A stretch of DNA of 64,000 nucleotides from Squalus acanthias (Eukaryota). Below are positions 48,962-61,800 of this stretch, one piece after another. The notes beneath the pieces were generated by a model. That model saw nothing but the letters and a program-made list of their open reading frames with translations, had not been told where the DNA came from and ran no database searches. Every line of letters starts with the position of its first letter. The stretch's first letter is position 1. The position numbers were made by a program, and so were the translations under genes. The stretch spans positions 157,482,001 through 157,546,000 of the forward strand of contig CM059431.1 of the NCBI GenBank assembly GCA_030390025.1, in the 5' to 3' direction.

Positions 48962-49708
48962 TGCTAGGGGGATAGAATATAAAAACAGGGAGGTATTGCT
49001 GCAGTTGTATAGGGTATTGGTGAGACCGCACCTGGAGTACTGCATACAGTTTTGGTGTCCATACTTAAGAAAAGACATACTTGCTCTCGAGGCAGTACAA
49101 AGAAGGTTCACTCGGTTAATTCCGGGGATAAGGGAGTGGACATACGAGGAGAGGTTGAGTAGATTGGGACTCTACTCATTGGAGTTCAGAAGAATGAGAG
49201 GCGATCTTATTGAAACATATAAGATTGTGAAGGGGCTTGATCGGGTGGACGCGGTGAGGATGTTCCCAATGATGGGTGAAACTAGAACTAGGGGACATAA
49301 TCTTAGAATAAGGGGCTCCTCTTTCAAAACTGAGATGAGGAGAAACTTTTTCACTCAGAGGGTAGTGGGTCTGTGGAATTTGCTACACCAGGAAGCTGTG
49401 GAAGCTACTTCATTAAATAAATTTAAAACAGAAATAGACCGTTTCCTAGAAGTAAAGGGAATCAGGGGTTACGGGGAGGAGGCTGGAAATTTGACATGAG
49501 TTTGAGTTCGGATCGGTCAAGGCCCTGTGGGTGGCGGAGCGGGCCCAGGGACCGAGTGGTCTGGTCCTTCTCCTGCTTCTTGTGTTCTTTAGAGTTGAGG
49601 TGGGATCAGATCAGCGATGATCTCATTGAATGGCGGAGCAGGCTCGAGGGGCCGATTGGTCTACTCCTGCTCCTATTTCTTATGTTCTTATATTCTTATG
49701 TTCTTATG
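48962..49708 (+). mobile_element. 5'-truncated CR1 inserted in 40-bp satellite (copy 1)
   Basis: LYRVLVRPHLEYCIQFW...GYGEEAG open frame, double 3' UTR, (ttcttatg)n tail; splits a monomer at gtgtg|taacc. Confidence 0.95.
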
Positions 49709-52700
49709 TAACCCGGGGAGGATGGGCCCAGTGAGATCGGACAGTGTGCTACCGGGGAGGATGGGCCCAGTGAGATCAGACAGTGTGTAACACGAAGAGG
49801 ATCGGTCCAGCGAGATCAGACAGTGTGTAAAGCCGGGAGGATGGGCCCAGTGAGATCAGATAATATGTAACCCGGGGTTGATGGGCCCGTTGAGATCAGG
49901 CAGTGTGTATCCCGGGTGGATGGTCTTAATGAGATCAGACAGCGTGTAACCGGGGAGGATGGGCCCAGTGATATCAGACAGTGTGTAACCCGGGGAGGAT
50001 GGGACAAGTGATATCAGACAGTGTCTTATCCGGGGAGGATGCACTCAGTGAGGTCAGACAATGTGGAACCAGGGAAGGATGGCCCAGTGAGATCAGACAG
50101 TGTGTTATCCGGGGAGGATGCACTCAGTGAGGTCAGACAATGTGGAACCAGGGAAGGATGGCCCAGTGAGATCAGATAATGTGTGTAACCCGGGAAGGAT
50201 GGCCCCAGTGAGATAAGACAGTGTGCTACCCGGGGACGATGGGCGCAGTGAGATCAGACAGTGTGTAACCTGGGAAGAAGGTACCAGTGAGATTAGACAG
50301 TGTGTAACCCGGGGATCATGGATCCTGAGTGAGCAGACAGTGGGTAACCCGGGGAGGACGGGACCAGTGAGATCAGACAGCGTGTAACAATGGATGGATG
50401 GACCAAGTGAGATCAGACAGTGTGTAACCCGGGGAGGATCGGTCCAGTGAAATCAGACAGTGTGTAATGCGGGGAGGATGGGCCCAGTGAGATCAGATAA
50501 TGTGTAACCCGGGGTCGATGGGCCCGTTGAGATCAGGCAGTGTGTATCCCGGGTGGATGGTCTCAATGAGATCAGACAGCGTGTAACCCGGGGAGGATGG
50601 GCCCAGTGCAGTCAGACAGTGTGTAACCCGGGGAGGATGTTTCCAGTGAGATCGGACACTGTGTAACCCGGGGAGGATGTGTCCAGTGAGATCGGACAGT
50701 TAGTTACTCGGGGAGGATAGGCCCAGTGAGATCAGACAGTGGGTAATCCGGGGAAGAGGGGCCTAGTGAGAACAGACAGTGTGTAAACCGGGGAGGATTG
50801 GCCCAGTGAGATTAGGCAGTGTGTAACACGAAGAGGATATGTCCAGTGAGATCAGACAGTGTGTAATGCGGCGAGGATGGGCCCAGTGAGATCAGACAGT
50901 GTGTAATGCGGGGAGAATGGGCCCAGTGAGATCAGGCAGTGTGTATCCCGGGTGGATGGCTCAATGAGATCAGACAGCGAGTAACCCGGGGAGGATGGGC
51001 CCAGTGATATCAGACAGTGTGTAACCCGTGAAGGATGGGTCCAATCCAGTCAGACAGTGTGTAACCCGGTAAGATGGGCGCAGTGAAATCAGACAGTGTG
51101 TTACTCGGGGAGGATGGGCCAAGTGAGATCTGACAGTGTGTAACCCGAAGAGGATGGGCCCAGTGAGTTCAGACAGTGTGTAAATCGGGGGGGATGCGCC
51201 CAGTGAGATCAGAAAGTGTGCAACCTTGGAGGATGGGCCCAATCAGATCAGAAAGTTTGTAACCAGGGGAGAATGGGTTCAGTGAGATCAGATAGTGTGT
51301 AAACCGGGGACGATGGTCCCAGTGAGATAAAACAGTGTGCAACCCGGGGAAGATCTGACCAACGAGATCAGATTATGCGTAACCCGGGGAGGATGGGCCC
51401 AGTGAGATCAGACAGTGTGTAACCCGGGGAGGATGTGCCCAGTGAGATCAGACAGTGTGTAACCCGGAAGGATCGCCCAGTGAGATCGGATAGTTTGTTA
51501 ACAGGGTAGGACGGGCCCAGTGAGATCAGACAGTGTGTAACCCGGGGAGGATGTGACCAGTGAGATCAGACAGTGTGTAACCCCGGAAGGATCGCCCAGT
51601 GAGATCGGACAGTTTGTTACCAGGGGAGGATGGGCACAGTGAGATCAGACAGTGTGTAAACCGGGGACGAGAGTCCCAGTGAGATAAAACAGTGTGCAAC
51701 CCGGGGAAGATGTGACCAACGAGATCAGATTATGTGTAACCCGGGGAGGATGGGCCCAGTGCGATCAGACGGTGTGTAACCCCGGAAGGATCGCCCAGTG
51801 AGATCGGACAGTTTGTTAACAGGAGAGGACGGGCCCAGTGAAATCAGACAGTGTGTAAACTGGGGAGGATGTGCCGATTGAGATCAGACAGTGCGTAACC
51901 TGGAAAGATGGGCCCAGTGAGATTAGACAGTGGGTAACCCGGGGAGCATTGGTCCTGTGTGAGCAGACAGTGTGTAACCCTGGGAGGACGGGACCAGTGA
52001 GATCAGACAGTGCGTAACAAGGAATGGATGGACCAAGTGAGATCAGACAGTGTGTAACCGGGGGAGCATGGGTCCTGTGAGAGCAGACAGTGTGTAACCT
52101 GGCAAGATGGGACCAGTGAGATAAAACAGTGTGCAACCCGGGGAAGATGTGACCAACGAGATCATATTATGTGTAACCCGGGGAGGACGGGCCCAGTGAG
52201 ATCAGACAGTGTGTATACCGCGGAGGATGGGCCCCCTGAGAACAAACAGTGTTTAGCTCGAGGAGGATGGGCCCAGTGCGATCAGACAGTGTGTAAACCG
52301 GGGAGGATGGGCCCAGTGAGATCAGACAGTGTGTAAACCGGGGAGGATGTGCCCAGTGAGATCAGACAGTGTGTAAACCGGGGACGATGGTCCCAGTGAG
52401 ATAAAACAGTGTGCAACCCGGGGAAGATGTGACCAACGAGATCAGATTATGTGTAACCCGGGGAGGATGGGCCCAGTGCGATCAGACAGTGTGTAACCCG
52501 GAAGGATCGCCCAGTGAGATCGGACAGTTTGTTAGCAGGAGAGGACGGGCCCAGTGAGATCAGACAGTGTGTAAACTGGGGAGGATGTGCCGATTGACAT
52601 CAGACAGTGTGCTACCCGGGGAGGATTTGCCCAGTGAGATCAGACAGTGCGTAACCTGGCAAGATGGGCCCAGTGAGATCAGACAGTGTGTAACAAGCAA

Positions 52701-54640
52701 TGGGTGGACCAAGTGAGATCAGACAGTGTGGAAACCGGGGGAACATTGGTCCTGTGTGAGCAGACAGTGTGTAACCTGGCAAGATGGGCCCAGTGAGATC
52801 AGACAGTGTGTAACCCGGGGAGCATTGGTCCTGTGTGAGCAGACAGTGTGTAACCTGGCAAGATGGGCCCAGTGAGATCAGACAGTGTGTAACCGGGGGA
52901 GCTTGGGTCCTGTGAGAGCAGACAGTGTGCAACATGGGGAGGATGGGCCCAGTGAGATCAAACAGTGTGTAACCCTTAGAGGATGGGCTAAGTGAGATCA
53001 GACAGTGTGTAACCCTTAGAGGATGGGTCCAGTGAGACTAGCAAGTGTGGACACAGTGCTGGATGGGCCCAGTGAGATCAGGCAGTGTACAATCCGGGAT
53101 GATGGGTCCAGTGAGATCAGACAGTGTGAAACACGAAGAGGATCGGTCCAGTGAGATCAGACAGTGTGCAATGCGGCGAGGATGGGCCCAGTGAGATCAG
53201 ACAAAGTGTAACCCGGGGTCGATGGGCCCGTTGAGATCAGGCAGTGTGTATCCCGGGTGGATGGTCTCAATGAGATCAGACAGCGTGTTACCCGGGGAGG
53301 ATGGGCCCAATGATATCAGGCAGTGTGTAACATGGTGAGGATGGGCCCAGTGCAATCAGACAGTGTGTAACCCGGGAAAATGGGCGCAGTGAGATCAGAC
53401 AGTGTGTAACCCGGGGAGGATGAGCCCAGTGAGATCAGACAGTGTGTAACCCGGGTAGGATGGGCCCGGTGAGATCAGACAGTGTGTAACCCGGGGAGGA
53501 TGAGCCCAGTGAGATCAGACAGTGTGTAACCCGGGTAGGATGGGCCCAGTGAGATCAGACAGTGTGTAACACGGTATGGATAGGCCGAGTGAAATGAGAC
53601 AGTGTGTAACCCGAGGCGGATAGGTCCTGTGAGAGCAGACAGTGTGTAACCCGGAGAGGACGGGCCCAGTGATATCAGACAGTGTGTAACCCGGGGAGAA
53701 TGGACCAACTGATATCAGACAGTGTATAACCCGGGGAAGGTGGGCCCAGTGAGATCACACAATTTTTCACCCGGGGAGGTTGGCCCAGTGAGATCAGACA
53801 GTGTTTAACCCGTGATGGATGGGCCAAGTGAGATGAGACAGTGTGTAACCCGGGGAGGATGGCCCCGTGAGATCACACAGTTTGTAACCAGGGGAGGTTA
53901 GTTCCAGTGAGATTAGGCAGTGGATAACACAAGGAGGATGAGCTTTGTGAGAGCAGACAGTGTGTAATCCTGGGAGCATGGGCCCAGTGAGTGCAAACAG
54001 TTTATAACACGGGGAGGATGGGCCCAGTGAGAGGAGACAGTGTATAATCCTGGGAGGATGAGCTCAGTGAAAGCAAACAGTTTGTATTCCTGTGAGGATG
54101 GTCCCAGTGAGATGAGACAGTGTGTAAACCTGGGACGATGGTCCCAGTGAGATCAAACAGTGTGTAACCTGGGGAAGATGGGCCCAACGAGATCAGATAA
54201 TGGATAACCCTTAGAGGATGGGCCCAGTGAGATCTGACAGTGTGTAACCCGGGGAGGATGTGCCCAGTGAGATCAGACAGTGTGTAACCCCGGAAGGAAC
54301 GCCCAGTGAGATCGGACAGTTTGTTACCAGGGGAGTACGGGCCCAGAGAGATCAAACAGTGTGTAAAACGCGGAGGATGGGCCCCCTGAGATCTGACAGT
54401 GTTTAGCTCGAGCAGGATGGGCCCAGTGCGATCAGACAGTGTTTAAACCGGGGAGGATGGGCCCAGTGAGTTCAGACAGTGTGTAAGCCGGGGAGGAAGG
54501 GCCCAGTGAGATCGGACAGTGTGTAAACCGGGAGGATGGGCCGAGTGAGCTCAGACAGTGTTTAGCTCGAGGAGCATGGAACCAGTGAGATCAGACAGTG
54601 TGTAACCCGGGGAGGATGGGCCCAGTGAGATCAGACAGTG

Positions 54641-55387
54641 TGCTAGGGGGATAGAATATAAAAACAGGGAGGTATTGCTGCAGTTGTATAGGGTATTGGT
54701 GAGACCGCACCTGGAGTACTGCATACAGTTTTGGTGTCCATACTTAAGAAAAGACATACTTGCTCTCGAGGCAGTACAAAGAAGGTTCACTCGGTTAATT
54801 CCGGGGATAAGGGAGTGGACATACGAGGAGAGGTTGAGTAGATTGGGACTCTACTCATTGGAGTTCAGAAGAATGAGAGGCGATCTTATTGAAACATATA
54901 AGATTGTGAAGGGGCTTGATCGGGTGGACGCGGTGAGGATGTTCCCAATGATGGGTGAAACTAGAACTAGGGGACATAATCTTAGAATAAGGGGCTCCTC
55001 TTTCAAAACTGAGATGAGGAGAAACTTTTTCACTCAGAGGGTAGTGGGTCTGTGGAATTTGCTACACCAGGAAGCTGTGGAAGCTACTTCATTAAATAAA
55101 TTTAAAACAGAAATAGACCGTTTCCTAGAAGTAAAGGGAATCAGGGGTTACGGGGAGGAGGCTGGAAATTTGACATGAGTTTGAGTTCGGATCGGTCAAG
55201 GCCCTGTGGGTGGCGGAGCGGGCCCAGGGACCGAGTGGTCTGGTCCTTCTCCTGCTTCTTGTGTTCTTTAGAGTTGAGGTGGGATCAGATCAGCGATGAT
55301 CTCATTGAATGGCGGAGCAGGCTCGAGGGGCCGATTGGTCTACTCCTGCTCCTATTTCTTATGTTCTTATATTCTTATGTTCTTATG
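54641..55387 (+). mobile_element. Same CR1 insertion (copy 2)
   Basis: Same sequence and junctions as copy 1, offset 5679. Confidence 0.95.
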
Positions 55388-58133
55388 TAACCCGGGGAGG
55401 ATGGGCCCAGTGAGATCGGACAGTGTGCTACCGGGGAGGATGGGCCCAGTGAGATCAGACAGTGTGTAACACGAAGAGGATCGGTCCAGCGAGATCAGAC
55501 AGTGTGTAAAGCCGGGAGGATGGGCCCAGTGAGATCAGATAATATGTAACCCGGGGTTGATGGGCACGTTGAGATCAGGCAGTGTGTATCCCGGGTGGAT
55601 GGTCTTAATGAGATCAGACAGCGTGTAACCGGGGAGGATGGGCCCAGTGATATCAGACAGTGTGTAACCCGGGGAGGATGGGACAAGTGATATCAGACAG
55701 TGTCTTATCCGGGGAGGATGCACTCAGTGAGGTCAGACAATGTGGAACCAGGGAAGGATGGCCCAGTGAGATCAGACAGTGTGTTATCCGGGGAGGATGC
55801 ACTCAGTGAGGTCAGACAATGTGGAACCAGGGAAGGATGGCCCAGTGAGATCAGATAATGTGTGTAACCCGGGAAGGATGGCCCCAGTGAGATAAGACAG
55901 TGTGCTACCCGGGGACGATGGGCGCAGTGAGATCAGACAGTGTGTAACCTGGGAAGAAGGTACCAGTGAGATTAGACAGTGTGTAACCCGGGGATCATGG
56001 ATCCTGAGTGAGCAGACAGTGGGTAACCCGGGGAGGACGGGACCAGTGAGATCAGACAGCGTGTAACAATGGATGGATGGACCAAGTGAGATCAGACAGT
56101 GTGTAACCCGGGGAGGATCGGTCCAGTGAAATCAGACAGTGTGTAATGCGGGGAGGATGGGCCCAGTGAGATCAGATAATGTGTAACCCGGGGTCGATGG
56201 GCCCGTTGAGATCAGGCAGTGTGTATCCCGGGTGGATGGTCTCAATGAGATCAGACAGCGTGTAACCCGGGGAGGATGGGCCCAGTGCAGTCAGACAGTG
56301 TGTAACCCGGGGAGGATGTTTCCAGTGAGATCGGACACTGTGTAACCCGGGGAGGATGTGTCCAGTGAGATCGGACAGTTAGTTACTCGGGGAGGATAGG
56401 CCCAGTGAGATCAGACAGTGGGTAATCCGGGGAAGAGGGGTCTAGTGAGAACAGACAGTGTGTAAACCGGGGAGGATTGGCCCAGTGAGATTAGGCAGTG
56501 TGTAACACGAAGAGGATATGTCCAGTGAGATCAGACAGTGTGTAATGCGGCGAGGATGGGCCCAGTGAGATCAGACAGCTTGTAACACGGAGAGGATGTG
56601 CCCAGTGAGATCAGACACTGTGCAACCTGGGAGGATGGCCCAGTGAGATCGGAGAGTTTGTTACCAGGGGAGGATGGGCCCAGTGAGATCGCACAGTGTG
56701 TAGCTGGGGGAGGATGGGACCCGTGAGATCAGACAGTGTGTAACCCGGGAAGGATGGGCCCAGTGAGGGTCAGACAGTGTGTAAGCCCGAGAGGATGGGC
56801 CCAGTGAAATCAGAAAGTGTGTAACCCGGGGAGGTTGGGGCCTGTGAGATCAGAGAGTTTTTAACCTGGGGAGCATTGCCCCAGTGAGATCAAACAATGT
56901 GTAACCCGGGGAGGATGCGTCCTGTGTGATGAGAAAGTGTGTAACCCGGGGAGAATGGGCCAATGTGATCAGACAGTGTGTAACCCGGGGAGGATGGGCC
57001 AATGTGATGAGAAAGTGTGTAACCCGGGGAGGATGGGCCCAGTGAGATCAGACAGTGTGTAACACGGTATGGATAGGCCGAGTGAAATGAGACAGTGTGT
57101 AACCCGAGGCGGATAGGTCCTGTGAGAGCAGACAGTGTGTAACCCGGAGAGGACGGGCCCAGTGATATCAGACAGTGTGTAACCCGGGGAGAATGGACCA
57201 ACTGATATCAGACAGTGTATAACCCGGGGAAGGTGGGCCCAGTGAGATCACACAATTTTTCACCCGGGGAGGTTGGCCCAGTGAGATCAGACAGTGTTTA
57301 ACCCGTGATGGATGGGCCAAGTGAGATGAGACAGTGTGTAACCCGGGGAGGATGGCCCCGTGAGATCACACAGTTTGTAACCAGGGGAGGTTAGTTCCAG
57401 TGAGATTAGGCAGTGGATAACACAAGGAGGATGAGCTTTGTGAGAGCAGACAGTGTGTAATCCTGGGAGCATGGGCCCAGTGAGTGCAAACAGTTTATAA
57501 CACGGGGAGGATGGGCCCAGTGAGAGGAGACAGTGTATAATCCTGGGAGGATGAGCTCAGTGAAAGCAAACAGTTTGTATTCCTGTGAGGATGGTCCCAG
57601 TGAGATGAGACAGTGTGTAAACCTGGGACGATGGTCCCAGTGAGATCAAACAGTGTGTAACCTGGGGAAGATGGGCCCAACGAGATCAGATAATGGATAA
57701 CCCTTAGAGGATGGGCCCAGTGAGATCTGACAGTGTGTAACCCGGGGAGGATGTGCCCAGTGAGATCAGACAGTGTGTAACCCCGGAAGGAACGCCCAGT
57801 GAGATCGGACAGTTTGTTACCAGGGGAGTACGGGCCCAGAGAGATCAAACAGTGTGTAAAACGCGGAGGATGGGCCCCCTGAGATCTGACAGTGTTTAGC
57901 TCGAGCAGGATGGGCCCAGTGCGATCAGACAGTGTTTAAACCGGGGAGGATGGGCCCAGTGAGTTCAGACAGTGTGTAAGCCGGGGAGGAAGGGCCCAGT
58001 GAGATCGGACAGTGTGTAAACCGGGAGGATGGGCCGAGTGAGCTCAGACAGTGTTTAGCTCGAGGAGCATGGAACCAGTGAGATCAGACAGTGTGTAACC
58101 CGGGGAGGATGGGCCCAGTGAGATCAGACAGTG

Positions 58134-58880
58134 TGCTAGGGGGATAGAATATAAAAACAGGGAGGTATTGCTGCAGTTGTATAGGGTATTGGTGAGACCG
58201 CACCTGGAGTACTGCATACAGTTTTGGTGTCCATACTTAAGAAAAGACATACTTGCTCTCGAGGCAGTACAAAGAAGGTTCACTCGGTTAATTCCGGGGA
58301 TAAGGGAGTGGACATACGAGGAGAGGTTGAGTAGATTGGGACTCTACTCATTGGAGTTCAGAAGAATGAGAGGCGATCTTATTGAAACATATAAGATTGT
58401 GAAGGGGCTTGATCGGGTGGACGCGGTGAGGATGTTCCCAATGATGGGTGAAACTAGAACTAGGGGACATAATCTTAGAATAAGGGGCTCCTCTTTCAAA
58501 ACTGAGATGAGGAGAAACTTTTTCACTCAGAGGGTAGTGGGTCTGTGGAATTTGCTACACCAGGAAGCTGTGGAAGCTACTTCATTAAATAAATTTAAAA
58601 CAGAAATAGACCGTTTCCTAGAAGTAAAGGGAATCAGGGGTTACGGGGAGGAGGCTGGAAATTTGACATGAGTTTGAGTTCGGATCGGTCAAGGCCCTGT
58701 GGGTGGCGGAGCGGGCCCAGGGACCGAGTGGTCTGGTCCTTCTCCTGCTTCTTGTGTTCTTTAGAGTTGAGGTGGGATCAGATCAGCGATGATCTCATTG
58801 AATGGCGGAGCAGGCTCGAGGGGCCGATTGGTCTACTCCTGCTCCTATTTCTTATGTTCTTATATTCTTATGTTCTTATG
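58134..58880 (+). mobile_element. Same CR1 insertion (copy 3)
   Basis: Same sequence and junctions as copy 1, offset 9172. Confidence 0.95.
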
Positions 58881-61800
58881 TAACCCGGGGAGGATGGGCC
58901 CAGTGAGATCGGACAGTGTGCTACCGGGGAGGATGGGCCCAGTGAGATCAGACAGTGTGTAACACGAAGAGGATCGGTCCAGCGAGATCAGACAGTGTGT
59001 AAAGCCGGGAGGATGGGCCCAGTGAGATCAGATAATATGTAACCCGGGGTTGATGGGCCCGTTGAGATCAGGCAGTGTGTATCCCGGGTGGATGGTCTTA
59101 ATGAGATCAGACAGCGTGTAACCGGGGAGGATGGGCCCAGTGATATCAGACAGTGTGTAACCCGGGGAGGATGGGACAAGTGATATCAGACAGTGTCTTA
59201 TCCGGGGAGGATGCACTCAGTGAGGTCAGACAATGTGGAACCAGGGAAGGATGGCCCAGTGAGATCAGACAGTGTGTTATCCGGGGAGGATGCACTCAGT
59301 GAGGTCAGACAATGTGGAACCAGGGAAGGATGGCCCAGTGAGATCAGATAATGTGTGTAACCCGGGAAGGATGGCCCCAGTGAGATAAGACAGTGTGCTA
59401 CCCGGGGACGATGGGCGCAGTGAGATCAGACAGTGTGTAACCTGGGAAGAAGGTACCAGTGAGATTAGACAGTGTGTAACCCGGGGATCATGGATCCTGA
59501 GTGAGCAGACAGTGGGTAACCCGGGGAGGACGGGACCAGTGAGATCAGACAGCGTGTAACAATGGATGGATGGACCAAGTGAGATCAGACAGTGTGTAAC
59601 CCGGGGAGGATCGGTCCAGTGAAATCAGACAGTGTGTAATGCGGGGAGGATGGGCCCAGTGAGATCAGATAATGTGTAACCCGGGGTCGATGGGCCCGTT
59701 GAGATCAGGCAGTGTGTATCCCGGGTGGATGGTCTCAATGAGATCAGACAGCGTGTAACCCGGGGAGGATGGGCCCAGTGCAGTCAGACAGTGTGTAACC
59801 CGGGGAGGATGTTTCCAGTGAGATCGGACACTGTGTAACCCGGGGAGGATGTGTCCAGTGAGATCGGACAGTTAGTTACTCGGGGAGGATAGGCCCAGTG
59901 AGATCAGACAGTGGGTAATCCGGGGAAGAGGGGCCTAGTGAGAACAGACAGTGTGTAAACCGGGGAGGATTGGCCCAGTGAGATTAGGCAGTGTGTAACA
60001 CGAAGAGGATATGTCCAGTGAGATCAGACAGTGTGTAATGCGGCGAGGATGGGCCCAGTGAGATCAGACAGTGTGTAATGCGGGGAGAATGGGCCCAGTG
60101 AGATCAGGCAGTGTGTATCCCGGGTGGATGGCTCAATGAGATCAGACAGCGAGTAACCCGGGGAGGATGGGCCCAGTGATATCAGACAGTGTGTAACCCG
60201 GGAAGGATGGGTCCAATCCAGTCAGACAGTGTGTAACCCGGTAAGATGGGCGCAGTGAAATCAGACAGTGTGTTACTCGGGGAGGATGGGCCAAGTGAGA
60301 TCTGACAGTGTGTAACCCGAAGAGGATGGGCCCAGTGAGTTCAGACAGTGTGTAAATCGGGGGGGATGCGCCCAGTGAGATCAGAAAGTGTGCAACCTTG
60401 GAGGATGGGCCCAATCAGATCAGAAAGTTTGTAACCAGGGGAGAATGGGTTCAGTGAGATCAGATAGTGTGTAAACCGGGGACGATGGTCCCAGTGAGAT
60501 AAAACAGTGTGCAACCCGGGGAAGATCTGACCAACGAGATCAGATTATGCGTAACCCGGGGAGGATGGGCCCAGTGAGATCAGACAGTGTGTAACCCGGG
60601 GAGGATGTGCCCAGTGAGATCAGACAGTGTGTAACCCGGAAGGATCGCCCAGTGAGATCGGATAGTTTGTTAACAGGGGAGGACGGGCCCAGTGAGATCA
60701 GACAGTGTGTAACCCGGGGAGGATGTGACCAGTGAGATCAGACAGTGTGTAACCCCGGAAGGATCGCCCAGTGAGATCGGACAGTTTGTTACCAGGGGAG
60801 GATGGGCACAGTGAGATCAGACAGTGTGTAAACCGGGGACGAGAGTCCCAGTGAGATAAAACAGTGTGCAACCCGGGGAAGATGTGACCAACGAGATCAG
60901 ATTATGTGTAACCCGGGGAGGATGGGCCCAGTGCGATCAGACGGTGTGTAACCCCGGAAGGATCGCCCAGTGAGATCGGACAGTTTGTTAACAGGAGAGG
61001 ACGGGCCCAGTGAAATCAGACAGTGTGTAAACTGGGGAGGATGTGCCGATTGAGATCAGACAGTGCGTAACCTGGAAAGATGGGCCCAGTGAGATTAGAC
61101 AGTGGGTAACCCGGGGAGCATTGGTCCTGTGTGAGCAGACAGTGTGTAACCCTGGGAGGACGGGACCAGTGAGATCAGACAGTGCGTAACAAGGAATGGA
61201 TGGACCAAGTGAGATCAGACAGTGTGTAACCGGGGGAGCATGGGTCCTGTGAGAGCAGACAGTGTGTAACCTGGCAAGATGGGACCAGTGAGATAAAACA
61301 GTGTGCAACCCGGGGAAGATGTGACCAACGAGATCATATTATGTGTAACCCGGGGAGGACGGGCCCAGTGAGATCAGACAGTGTGTATACCGCGGAGGAT
61401 GGGCCCCCTGAGAACAAACAGTGTTTAGCTCGAGGAGGATGGGCCCAGTGCGATCAGACAGTGTGTAAACCGGGGAGGATGGGCCCAGTGAGATCAGACA
61501 GTGTGTAAACCGGGGAGGATGTGCCCAGTGAGATCAGACAGTGTGTAAACCGGGGACGATGGTCCCAGTGAGATAAAACAGTGTGCAACCCGGGGAAGAT
61601 GTGACCAACGAGATCAGATTATGTGTAACCCGGGGAGGATGGGCCCAGTGCGATCAGACAGTGTGTAACCCGGAAGGATCGCCCAGTGAGATCGGACAGT
61701 TTGTTAGCAGGAGAGGACGGGCCCAGTGAGATCAGACAGTGTGTAAACTGGGGAGGATGTGCCGATTGACATCAGACAGTGTGCTACCCGGGGAGGATTT